Source of the DNA: Vitrella brassicaformis CCMP3155
Taxonomy: Eukaryota; Protista; Chromerida
Length of the DNA stretch: 64,000 nt
Reading direction: 5' to 3'
Assembly (NCBI GenBank): GCA_001179505.1
Contig: CDMY01000831.1
Span: 124,001-188,000, forward strand
The translations under genes and the position numbers were made by a program. Below the pieces are notes generated by a model. It saw nothing but the letters and a program-made list of their open reading frames with translations, made no database searches and had not been told where the DNA came from. Shown one piece after another: positions 39,301-51,014 of the stretch. Position 1 is the first letter of the stretch. Each line of letters begins with the position of its first letter.

Positions 39301-39975
39301 GCCCTCTCCTCCTTCTTGCGGGCCTTCTCCTCCTCTCGCACCAGATCGGCAGCTGCCGCCGTCCGACGGGCCTCCAGATGAGCCATCAACACATCCACAC
39401 ACGACTGAACACACCAAACAAATAAAGCGGCTGACGTGGTGTGCCTTCCTCCTGTCTGCTGACCTTGTTGCCGAATTTGTGGGCGTTATCCAGGGGTGTC
39501 TGGTTCTTCTGGTTGACGGCTCGGCGTCCACGCCCCTCTCCAGCAGCCAGTTAATCACCTCAGACCACCCATTGACGGCCGCCAAATGCAGCAGAGACCA
39601 GCCCTCCTTGGTACGGCAGTGCAAGCTAAGCACGGGCCTCTTGCTGCGCCCCCCTTTGCCCTTGGCCGGTGTGCTGCGCGTCAGGCCATGGCGTTCGAGC
39701 ACATCCAGCATCGCCACTGCACGCAACTGCCGGGCCTTCTCCTTCTGCTCTGCCTCCTTCGCCGCTGTGCCACCGGCCGCCTGCGGTCCCGCATCTTCTG
39801 CAAGACCGTCGCTGTCGGCTTGTCTGCCCTTGCTGGCGGCCTTCTTCCGGCTCTTGCTGACCACCATGGGCTCAGGAGGGGGCTGGGGAGCTGTCACATC
39901 ACACAAGAGCGTCAGCGCGGGGTGTGCAACCGGCGGACCAGTCACCCACTCACCGTTGGTATCTTGGCTCCCCAT
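36385..39975 (-). CDS. Ankyrin + coiled-coil + C-terminal C3HC4 RING protein (putative E3 ligase); may be the 3' part of the gene at 40039-45611
   Basis: Ankyrin EGWSLLHLAAVNGWSEVINWLLERGVD; K/E/R-rich coiled coils; spliced RING CVVCQEEPNVVALWPCRHKCLCTG|CFENLKKTHTGRKMPCPICR. Stop at 36385-36387. Confidence 0.72.
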
Positions 39976-40038
39976 GTAGCCGAAGCAGGCGAGCTGTAGA
40001 AGATTTCGGCCCTCAAGGACGTACCCCTCAGAGAGGAC

Positions 40039-43000
40039 TTACGGGTCGGCATGCGGCTGCCGCAGAAGGAAGTCGAGGACCTCAGGAAAGTGGAACAGGG
40101 AAGCAGCACCTGAAGACACCAAGTCAGACTTGTGTCCATCCGCCATTTCTCTCCTGTCATGTCCTTTCCTCTGGACACTCACCGAGAGCGGAGGACACCA
40201 TTGGCTCTCCGGTCTTGCGGCTCACAGCCACCACGCCGATTTCGTTGACGTCGGCATTGTACTCGACCAGCGACTGCACAGAGGCAGACAGGCAGGCAGA
40301 CCCATGAGAGGCGGCTAAGTGATCTCATGCGGTCTCTCTACTGGCGTACCTTGACAATCTGCGGCGGAGAGGGGCCATCAGACGCGACTGCCAGAATCAG
40401 CAAAGGTATCCGCACATAACCTGATGCCATCCAGACGTAAGCAGACATATCGCCCTTCGATCTTTGTTTGCTTATTCACTTACCGTCAAAGTTGACATCT
40501 TCGCCCTCGAATGGCTCGATGCTCGCAGGCGAGAGGTCTCGCCAGTTGAGAACCTCCCCATCCCTCGCCCGCACCTCTCCCACCGACAGCCCCTCGTCGT
40601 CACTCTCCTCCGTCGGCTTGAGGCTGTTGTCCTGCAGCAGTGTGTTGAGCGACCCAGCCGAGCCGTACCAGACGCATGACTGAAGGGCCTGCTTCAGCAC
40701 GAAGCCGTTCTTGTATGCGATCATGGGCCTGGGCAGCGACGAGAGCACCGAGTGGTCCTCCTTGAGATCGACACACTTGCGCCGCCCCTCTGGCGTCAAC
40801 AGGTTGTGTGCGCATGCCTCCCGGATCGCTCGCGCTCTGGCCTTCATCTCCATCATGCCCTTGGTCGCCTTGTCACGCAGCTCCTGCCTCTTCCTCTCGT
40901 GTGCCGCGGCCGCTGGCGGGTCGACACCGCCGCCCTCCTCCATCGCACCAGCTGCAGCTGCCTGCATCCATCCATCCACACAAACGGTGTGGTGTGTGTA
41001 TGGGTGCCCATGGCATATATGTGGGGGGTGTTGCCTTGCTTGCCGTGGGCTTGTAGGGTGCTCGTGTGCTGGCTCCTGCGGCAGTGTTGGTGGCCGTCTG
41101 CCCTGAACGGGCCGCCAGATGCTTCAGCAGCACGGCCTCGCACTCCTGCGAAACACAACCGGGCGGACTCACTCACTGTGACGGCTCATTGGACGCCATT
41201 CCTTGACAGCTGACCTTCTGGCCGAGTATTCGTGTGGCATCGAGAGGCGTGTTGTTGTGCTCGTTGACAGCCCCAGGGTCCGCCTCCTTCTTGACCAGCC
41301 ACTCGACCATGCTGCACCAGCCGTTGGCGGCGGCGATGTGCAGGGGCGTGTCGCCAGATATGTCCCTGGAGTTGATGTCGAAGATGCCACTGTCGTTCCC
41401 GCCGTGCTTGATCAGTCCCTCCGCATCGAGCACCTCGATGGTGGCCAGGGCCTGCCGCTGCTGCGCCTCCGACGGAGCCCGCTTGGGCGCACCCATGCAC
41501 ACCAGCTGAAGCAAGTCACGAGAAGCAATCATGGGGGGGCCTGAGAAGGATGGCGGGGAGAGGAAAGGAAGGCGGAAGGTCACGCATCAAGGTGAGGTCT
41601 TTGGTACCTACCGTGTCGGCGCTCAAACGTCATGACTGCCGGGACTGTGGGGTCGGCTCTTGCCTCACGAAGGAGGAAACTGAGGAGATCAGGACGGTGC
41701 CAAATGGCAGCCGCACCTGCACACACACGGAAGCCAATGCACTGAGGCTGTGTTTCAGCAATATCTTTCCTTGCCGCTTACCGACGGCGGATGTGTTGAA
41801 GCTGATCTTGCCGTCGTAAGTCAGCTTTGTCTGGCCGGCATGTCCTCGTGCATTCACATCGGCGTTGTACGCGAGCAGCGTCTGCATAACACAGACACAT
41901 GGAGGTATCCTTACACGCAGCCAGCACGATAGGCTCATGGCGTACCTTCATGATCTGTATGGGCGCGTTGGCCACGGCCGCCTGCACGACCAGGGGGGAC
42001 GGCACATAATCTGAATACACAGGCAGGAAGAGCACCAACGTGCACTAAGTGTCAAGCCGTCCATATCTCTCTCTGTCTGTGTCTGTCAGTCAGTCTGTCT
42101 GTCTGTTTGTCTGCGGACCTGCAGTGACCACAGTGAGAGGCTCGTCACGGTACATGCACGATGGGTCGAGAGCATCCAGGGTCAGGTCACTCCACTTGAG
42201 CACCTTCCTTTCCTTCTTGGTCCGCACCTCACCCACAGCCAGCCTCTTCTTCTCTCTGTCAGTCGGCTTGATGAGCGTCTCGCTCAGCAGCGCCTCGAGC
42301 GACCCGGCCGAAGCGTACACCACACACGCCTGCAGGGCGTGGCGGAAGAACACACCGCCCAGGAGGGACGGGTCGGGGAAGCAGGCAGTCGGCAGCTCGA
42401 AGCGGAGCTGGTGGTCCTCCTTGAGATGCACGGCCTTGCGCTGATCTTCCGGAACCAGCTGATCGTGCGCGCACGCCTCCCGCACCGCTCGCACCATGGA
42501 CGCCTCCGCCACAACCATGGACACCTCCGCCACAGCGACCACCCTCTGCGCCTTCTCCTCGACGTCGCTGTCGAGATTGGCCGGGAACATGAGCTGAAAC
42601 AAGCTGCCGACAGGGGCCTTGCCCTGCTGCTGGGGGAGGTCTCGGTCGTGCTGGGGCAGCGAGAGCAGGGGTGTCGCATGGCGGGAACCACCCTTCTTGG
42701 GCCCTGAGTGCCGCACGTTGGCACCCACCCCGTCCTCACCTTCCGACCCGTCATCGTTGTGCTCCGGACCACGAGCTGTCCCCTTTGTGTCCGCCGATAA
42801 AGGCGTAGCGGTAGCAGGACGAGTGGGCCCGTCCGGAGTGCCGGCGCTGCGGAGATTGGCCGGGAAGAAGAAGAAGGGCGAAGAGCTGCCGCCGGGGGAA
42901 GGGGCCTTGCCCTGCTGCTGGGGGAAATCTCTGTCAGGCTGGGGCAAGTGGGCGCACGGCTCTTCATCGTTCTCCTCGTGAGAGTCGCTGAGGTGCGTGT

Positions 43001-45611
43001 CGTCTGCCGGCTTTGAAAAGTAGGGGCTCTGCTCGATCTCTCGCTGGAGCGACTGAAGCAAGCTGATGATCTCGTTCGGCACAGGCAGCCGCTTCCGCGC
43101 CGTCGTGGTCACACCGGCGGCCGGAGAAGGCACAACAGGCGTGTCGTCTGGCTGCTCGTCACCTTCCCCCTCAGCCAGCCAGCCCCTCTGCCGCACCATC
43201 TTGCCCATCTGCCGCCTCGGCGCCTCGCCCACGCCTGCTGTGTCCTTGCTGCCCATCAGTGAGCTGGGGCCGTCGCTGTCAGAGCTGTGGTCTCCCTCGA
43301 GCAGACCAGTGCCACACCAGGCCCCAGCCGACGGCCGAGCCGTCGCCGATGACGACATGCCCTTGGCGGTCGCAAACTCGACACTGCCAAATGGCTCGTC
43401 CTGCAGCTTGGGGCTGAGGATCACTCTGCTGACGTCAGGGGCGCCGTGGTGCCGGGAGGGAGTGGTAAACGGTGATAGCTGATTGGTCCGTTGGTCCTCA
43501 CTAGCCGCACGGCGGTGAGCGGACGGCGTGGGTGTGGGTCGAGATGCTGGGGCGGGTGGAGGGGGTCCGGAAGACTGGGAGTCGGGGAAACGATCGGGCA
43601 CCATACCCTCTCTCTTGAGTTGCTCGTATGCCTTCTTGTAACTCTGCCAGCCGCTGGATCCTATGCAAGTGAAGCTACCCACAGACACCCACCACACACA
43701 TAGATGAGGCATGCCGTGTTCGATGCTTTCTTCTTATGCATCTCTCTCTCTCTCACCGTGCAACGCATTTCCAGCAGGCCTCCTCGAGCCGCTTTCTGCT
43801 CTCCTCATCAGCACCGGCCGACACTATCCGATCCACATGCTGAGTGACACACAGGACAGACAGGCAGACACTCAATATGGGCGACAGTCCTTCATCGCAG
43901 ACGTCAATGACTTACACATGGACAGCATCATGATACATGTCGTGCAGGACCGACGTGTCTATGAACACCTGACCGACGTGCACGTGTGCCTACCTCTCCG
44001 ACGTCGGGCAGGTGTTTCTGCAGTATGCTCAGTATGGGGGTCTCGTCTGCTGATGGGCTCACGTTGCGGATGGCCGAGAGGCTCTCCTTCTTGGCCCGCA
44101 GGTAACGCCTATACACACACGCATCAGACGGTGTGAGATGGGATGGTGTCACGGCGAAACGATGTGTGTGGCGTGGCCCACTTGCAGGCCTCTTTGACGT
44201 CTGTGTCGCTCATGGTATGGCAGCTGATGGAAGTCGGGATGTCCTCAGACGCACCATCAGCCCTGCTACCAGTCCCCCGTCCAGCACTGGCCACCAACTT
44301 TTGTTGCTCGGCCTGTCGGCTGGGCTCCTCTGCTCGCAGCTTGTCGCGCTTCTCTTTGGCCGTTTGCCGTGCCGGCTGGGCTGCGGGAGGGGGCAGGGGA
44401 GGGGCTATGGTGCTGGCTGCCTGCAGGTCCGCCGACGGAAAAGACGTGCTGCTGTAGGTGGTGAGGGGGTTCCATCTGATCAAGTCGAACCACAGGCTGC
44501 CCGCTCCCAAGGTCCACTCGACAGGCACCCCGGCGGCGGATCCATCATGAATGAACCAGTCCGAGGGCAGCACCTCCACGGCTGACAGCAGGACGATGGT
44601 CTTGGGGTGGCTGCCGACGACCACTCTGCGGTCCATCAGCTGCTCCAGCACCTTCCCCGCGAGTCCATTCACGTCAACGCTGACGAGGCGCTCGTCCGTT
44701 TCGTGGCGCCGCCCCTCCTCGCGCGCCTGCTTGACCGCCTGCTTCATTGTTGCGCCGACCGCCGTCTCGAAGTGTCCCTTCTCCTCTGGGGATGGGGGTG
44801 CCGGTGGGGAGGGGTCGCTAGGCTCGCCCCCGTCGGCCAAACACACACAGAGGGGCTGCACGCATACAAATACAGAAAAGGCATAACCATATGCGTGTGG
44901 GGGTTTATGTGCTTCCTTACCCCGTGTCTATACAGCCGACACCTGAGAGCGGCTGCCTGGAACACAGCAGTGCTCTGCAAGCGCACGCACAAGAATCGGT
45001 TATGGGGCATGCGTTGCTTAAGGCCGACAGCGACCTCCTCCCTCCACGCACCACCAGGCCGGGAAAGCGATGCACGCGCCTGCTCGGCAACCTCGACCAC
45101 CATGGCTTCGGTGTCAGGGAGGACGACACTGTCGCCATTCTCATCACAGACGAGCTTGCGATTGCACTCGCCCTTGCTGACGCCACCAGCATCTACGAGA
45201 TCCTCCTGACGCAGAGAGAGGTTGGGTATCTGCACACAGGACCAAACACATCCACACCCGCAATTCACCAGTGTTCGGGTGCGCGTGTGTGCGTACGCGC
45301 ACCTTGACAGGAGCTGCATGTGGCCTCTGGATGACATCACTGCCTGCAGACGGTGCGCCCCTCCTCTCGTCGCCACCCTTGCCGCCATGGCTGGCCTTCC
45401 CGGCCGATGACGCACTGCTGGCATGCTGCGGTGTGTGAGGGGCGATGGGCAAGGAAGTAGAGGGGACTCTTATCTGCTCCTTCGTGGCCCTGCCGCGCCC
45501 AATGGAGTCTGCCGGCGGGTCGTAGCCTCTATCTTGGGTGTTCCTGTCGTCGTCGAGTGCCTTGTTGCCGCCAGCCAGGCATTTCCGCAGGTTCATGGAG
45601 GAGTCATTCAT
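40039..45611 (-). CDS. Large multi-exon lineage-specific protein with two tandem copies of an unnamed domain plus ankyrin repeats; the frame ends at an in-frame TAA (40039-40041)
   Basis: Copy A REACAHDQL...HLKEDH...HALQACVVYASAGSLEALL (42120-42500) and copy B REACAHNLL...DLKEDH...QALQSCVWYGSAGSLNTLL (40520-40830), each followed by xxYNADVN ankyrin repeats; SGDTPLHIAAANGWCSMVEWLVKKEADP at 41200-41400. The start and exon linkage upstream of 43700 are uncertain. Confidence 0.6.
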
Positions 45612-45905
45612 CGACGCAGCTAGATCACGATATATCGCTCATTGTGGCTTCTGGTCTGTCCGGTGCTGCATCCTCACAGCCTACCTCCTGCTGTCCTCCC
45701 CATCCCTCTTGCGATCCTGTAGCTCGCATCTCGTAAACGGCGAAAACGTGGCTTTCGGAGACTGGCGCGAAGTGGCGTCTGCCTTCAGGCAGAAGGAAGG
45801 GGTATACAGCCCCAAACCGATCTCGATTCGCAGATGATATGAGATGTGGCGCGTGCAGTCGGCCAGGGTCTAGATTCGGCCGCAACGAACCTCTCGTGGA
45901 CCTCT

Positions 45906-46040
45906 CGGTGTGTATAGTCGTCACTGCGTGAGTGTTGTGATACTCATGGTTGCGACACGATGACTGACAGAGACAAGGGTCACACACATAAATCCTTATC
46001 CCGAATCAAACCTTCCTCTCGGCACACCAACACCTCACAT
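45906..46040. repeat. ~135 bp direct repeat, copy 2 (copy 1 at 35894-36030)
   Basis: Same orientation as copy 1. Lies ~47 bp beyond the NOC4 stop codon. Confidence 0.92.
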
Positions 46041-46086
46041 ACCGCACCACACTCATCCCCACCACTCACCTAGCCAACCACATTCC

Positions 46087-48558
46087 TCACTCGCCATCAT
46101 CCGCTGCCTTCCCCCCTCCTCCCCCGCTCTCTCTGCCCACAAGTCTCCTCTTGGCCTCCGCCGCCATCGCCTTACAGCTGGGCGCCTCTCCCCTAAGGAA
46201 GGCCTCGAGGTCCATGGATATGTCAAAGAGCTCGTCGGCCAGGGGGTCGGACGGGTTGGGTGTGGGGCTGTACAGCTGTGGCTTCTTGAGCACCTTGAGG
46301 CTCTCCTTCCGCAGGGTGGCGGGCGTCAGGTCGGCAAAGTCGTCAGGGTCGACCTGCTTGGCGTCCCACTGACCACACACAGGGAGAGAGGACAGTGGGA
46401 GTGTGGATGTGTGTTGTCTGTTGTCTGTGTGTTTGGTTACCTTGGTCATGTCTGCCTCGAAGAGCTGGGCGAGATCGGCCACGGCAGGGTGCCAATGCCT
46501 GACACACACACACACACACACACATGTAATGCTCGCCTCCTCTCCTGTCGTGTGTGTGAGTTCCTGCCTACTTCCTGAGGAGCTTGATCTCCCACAGAGA
46601 GAAGCCCTTGAAGCGATTCACCGCCTGCTGCTGCTTCCCGCCCTCCCCCTCCCCCTCTCCATCCTCCCCCTCTCCCTCCGCTCCCTCATGCTGCTTGACG
46701 ATCTCGCACAGCGCATCCAGGTCACCCTTGACGCGAAAGAAAGGGTCGCCTCCCTCGATCGGCTCCATCTCGGGCACAGTGGGGTCGGTCCACTCCGGCC
46801 GATCCACATGGATGAGGGGCATGCACACGGCCTTGTTGCGCATGATGAGCGCATACGTCATGGCCACGCACCAGACGGCTCCGTGTGGGGGCGACAGGCA
46901 CGCCACTCGCATTAAGCGCTTGCAGAAGGCGGCGAGCATGGCGGAGGGGACCATGGTGGAGCGGAGGGAGAGGTTGACGAGCTGCAGGAAGGTCTTGCGG
47001 TTGGGCACGGCGAAGATGGCGGGCCGGATGAGGTCATACAGCCGGTGATAGAAGCGGGAGACCGACTTGGCCACCACTTCGGGGTCGCCCAGCTTGTACT
47101 TGGTCAGCAGGTAGAAGAGCCCACTGAGGGCCGTGATGGACGTCTCGTAGCTGCCCTTGTCAAAGGCCTTGAGCAGGAAATCCGCCAAAGTGAGAGGGTT
47201 GGAGATGTAGGGCATCACGCCGACAGACAGATGGCTCAGCAAAGACTGCGCGGTCGACGGCACCAGCGGCAGACTCAGATACGCCAGCCAGGCGGACTGG
47301 TACGCCAGCCGATAGGAATGCGGGCTCTTGCACTTGGTCGTCAGCACATTGGCCACGAACAGACCTTCAGGCCGCTCCTCCTCCTGCCCGTCGGCGGACT
47401 TGCTGCGCCTCTTGCTCCCTCTTGGAGCCTTCTCTGGGCGCGGGACGCTCTTGAGCATCTGCAGGCACCGCTTGCTGACGGTCTGCAGCTCGTGGCTCAG
47501 ATGCGGCCCGTCAGTGGCGGCCGCAGAGCTCTCCGCTCCCGACTCAGGCTCGCGCACACCCATCAGCGCACCCAGATAGAACACACCTGGGTACGTTGGC
47601 TCGCCCTTGCCGTTGCTGTCAGCCTTTGACGGCGGCACATCGCCGTTCATTTCCTCCTCCTTGCTGCCGGCCTCGGCCTGCTTGAGTTGCTGGTGTGTGT
47701 GGTTGATGACGCGCTTGAGCACGAGCAGGAAGTAGTAGGAGAGGTCGGCATAGGGGGTGAGGTACTCGGCCATGAGTGTGGTGTGGAGGGCGGTGGTGTA
47801 GGTGGGGGCGTGGACGACCTCGTGGACGAGGGTCTGGAGGAAGCGCGTGGGGAAGGTGAAGTCTTCGTGCTGCTGCCATAGCAAGGCCTCCTGCTGCAGA
47901 CTGTGCAGGTAGTGCCGCACCGCACATACCTGAATTGAATATATGAAGGATTGGGCCACACAGAACAAACATGACGCGACCCACCTTCTTTCGTGTGCGT
48001 GGCTGTGTTGATTCACCTGTAGTTTGCTCCTCGTCTGCTTCCCCCTCGGCTGACACGAGATGAAGGACAGCACCAGCTTGACGTAGTTGTCAAAGTTGAG
48101 CTCCAGCCACTTGCGCAGCCTCTCGTCGGCGGTGCTCAAACCGTCCGTCGCGCCCGTGGCACCGTCATCCTCGCCCTCTCCATCTCCCTCGGCATCCCAC
48201 TGTCGCTTCCTGCGCTTGGCGTTGAGGAATGCCGGCAGCCGGTGCTGCCTCTTGTAGTGGTAGAAGATGCGCTGGAGGCTCTGCAGGCAGGAGGCCACCT
48301 CCTCAACTGTACCCACCTCCTGACACACAAGAGAGAGGAGGCATACCACTCATGAGATGAGATGTGTCCACGATGGATGAGTGGCGATGAGTGCACAGGC
48401 CTTCCTTCCTGACCTACCTGGCAGTCATCGAATATGTGGCCGATCTGTGCGAGTCCTGTTGGGTTCTTGAGGGCTTTCTCCTCTGTCCTCGCCACCAACG
48501 CCTCGTCGAGCTCCTTGCAGCCATCCATCCTCCCTTCCCAACCCTCCCCAGGGTCCAT
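46087..48558 (-). CDS. NOC4: Nucleolar complex protein 4 (CBF/Mak21 domain), multi-exon
   Basis: AYQSAWLAYLSLPL; VMPYISNPLTLADFLLKAFDKG; ALSGLFYLLTKYKL; FYHRLYDLI; FLQLVNLSLRSTMVPSAMLAAFCKRLMRVAC; SLWEIKLLRK|HWHPAVADLAQLF. Confidence 0.92.
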
Positions 48559-48637
48559 CGTGAAACGCCAAGGGAGGCTACAGAGAGAAGAGGGACTCTG
48601 CGTTTCCACTTGTCGAGCGTCAGCCCTCCCTCCCTAG

Positions 48638-49869
48638 ATGGAAACTGGACAGGTTGAGCTCGTCCAGCAACGCGCCACGGCGCCTGTGGCTCCTCCCCCG
48701 CCTCACGTTCGGCCTCCCGGGGAAAACCTTCCCCTCCTGGTCGTCGGCCCAGGGGACGACATCGGTGAAGCGCAAGATCAAGCCTGGCGCGGTGAGCAAA
48801 AACGCAGCGGCACCATTGAAGTTGGAGGTTGAACTGTCTCTCGCTTTCTATGCAGGTCGTTGGAGTGATGGCCTGTGCGACTGCTTTTCCGACTGGCCCA
48901 GCTGCTTACTGGGGTGGCTGGGGTCGTTCTGCGGCCTGGGTTACATGAAGGTGACCACCATGGCTAGCTAACACATGTACACCTTCTTGTCTTCCTTGTC
49001 ACTCATTCTCTCGCTGTGTTGGATGGCATGGCATGGCATGCAGGCCTGGGGTCTGGGAGAGACCAAAATCCTGTCGTTGCGTGTGGGGCTGCTGGTGTTC
49101 ATCGGCTTGCCGTTGTTCGGCTTCGCTGTCTACATGGTGATCACCATCTGCATGATGATCTGGATCATCACAACGGAGGAATCGATAGCAGCTCACGATG
49201 ACGGCCAGCTCGTGCCTGGCCGCAGCCACAACAACCACACCGTGTTCGACCACAGTGCCCTGGTGAACCAAACTCACTACCACGGAAATGGAACCGCGGC
49301 GGCCCATGAGCCTCCCTTCGACTCCGATTTCCCATTCATCGCACTCGCCATGTTGTGGATTGTGAGGCCGGTAATCTGGATTCTCGTGTGGGTGGTCGTG
49401 TTTGTCGTCGCTCTCGTCTACCGTACCAAGCTGCGCAGGTCAGGCAGGCAGGCACAAAGAGAAGAGTTGCGTGCGACGGGCAACCATCTCTGTCTGTCTG
49501 TCTGTCTGTCGTTTCCTGTGTTGGTTTGTCGTGCAGGCACTACGACATCGAGGCCGGTGACAGCTGTGGCGACTGCTGTATGGTCTTCTGGTGCTGGCCG
49601 TGCAGCATATGCCAGGAGTACAGGTGTGTGAAAATACAACACACTTGGCTCTCGTCTTGTGTTTTCCTGCATCCATTTGTGCGTCTATCGTTGCCTGCAG
49701 GCACGTGATGAGGGCTCGTGGCTACAAGCGTGACCTGGCGCCTCCCGGCGAGGCGCGGATGGTCGCCCTTCAGCCTGGCACAAGGTTCGTCTACGCTCGG
49801 CCGCAGCCATACGCCCCCCATGAGGACACTACGGAGGCCACCATACCAAGCAGCGGCAGGATGGGTTGA
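48638..49869 (+). CDS. PLAC8 / DUF614 cysteine-rich membrane protein, multi-exon
   Basis: GRWSDGLCDCFSDWPSCLLG; YRTKLRR|HYDIEAGDSCGDCCMVFWCWPCSICQEYR match the PLAC8 pattern, with two extra TM segments in between. Confidence 0.88.
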
Positions 49870-50129
49870 TTGGTTGACTGATTGATGGGGGTGTTGGTGT
49901 TTGTCGTCTCGTGTGTGTCCGTGCGTGCGCGTGGTGGCCAGATGGTGCCAACCTGAACACGGCCCGGCCAACAACCAACAGACGGGCACACACACACACA
50001 CACAGAGGAGGAGGAGGAGGAGGAGGAGAGGGGGGGGAGGGGGGAAGGCTGTCTATGTGTCTGTACAGGAAAGGTGCACGCGAGAAGCTGACCACTGTGT
50101 GGGGATATTCTGTTCATAGTTTGCCTGTG

Positions 50130-50345
50130 TTGTGTGTGGAAGGACACTGGATGGGCGTGTGTGTGGAGGACGGCAGGTGGAACCGAGCTCCTTCCCATGT
50201 CGGTGCCTAGGGGAGCTCTAAGTAGAACACCTATGGTCTCCTTCCAAAGCGCAATCGCATCTTCATCAATGTCAAAGAAACGCTTTGCTTTGCCTTTGAG
50301 CAGCGTCGCCTGGTCGTTGAGAATGGGCAGCATCTTCCTGAAGAC
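50130..50345 (-). CDS. Orphan exon-like coding fragment, product unknown
   Basis: AG-preceded open segment KMLPILNDQATLLKGKAKRFFDIDEDAIALWKETIGVLLRAPLG. No complete gene could be assembled. Confidence 0.3.
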
Positions 50346-50450
50346 AGGCAGACACAAACAGAGAGAGATCTCAGCTGGGGAGCCTTCTGGCTGCTTCTCG
50401 CTTCGTGTGAGGCCTTTCTGTGAGGGCGTCGGTCGGTCTCAGTGCGAGAC

Positions 50451-50568
50451 TCGCAAACCCTACACCCTAAACCCTAATACTTTCGCTTGGAGGCTTTTTC
50501 CCATTGCCGGGGGGCGGAGAGGCGGCTGACATGCTCATCTAAACCCTAGTTATGCGTAGGGTTTGCGA
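50451..50568. repeat. Telomere-type (TTTAGGG/CCCTAAA) motif cluster bounded by a perfect 13 bp inverted repeat
   Basis: TCGCAAACCCTAC (50451-50463) and GTAGGGTTTGCGA (50556-50568); tandem AAACCCT-ACACCCT-AAACCCT (50455-50475); inner AAACCCTA-N8-TAGGGTTT (50541-50564). Confidence 0.8.
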
Positions 50569-50710
50569 AATTGGTGAATGCGCGTGTGCAGCAGCGTGTG
50601 GCAGACAGACAGACACACTCACACACAGGCTCATATGTCAACAGGGGTCCACGCGCAGAGAGGGAGGGGGGGAAGGCCTGTATGTGCAGTGTGCAGTGTG
50701 CAGTCTGTGC

Positions 50711-50741
<31 letters not shown>

Positions 50742-51014
50742 CCATCATCGCCTGCACACGCGCACCCTCTGTGTGTCAAGAAAAGGCGGAGAGTGTGCAG
50801 TCCGCATTCGATGGGACCCCACGCCAATGCGTGTCGTCGAACTGTTACGAGGGGGGAGGGGCCCCCGAGTAATGGGAGGCGATCGGCCAGACGGAGAGCA
50901 TACGATATTTCCGGGCAACAAATATCGGGGGAAACTTGCATTAACCGTAACACTCGTCTGTGTGTCCGTGATACTCATGAACATACAGTCCCATGAGCAC
51001 GCAGAGTCAAACGC

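Noticed and set aside
35894-46040. Intact LTR retrotransposon
   Set aside because: No gag/RT/integrase motifs inside, no matching target-site duplication or convincing PBS/PPT, and the interior is an intron-rich cellular-type gene.
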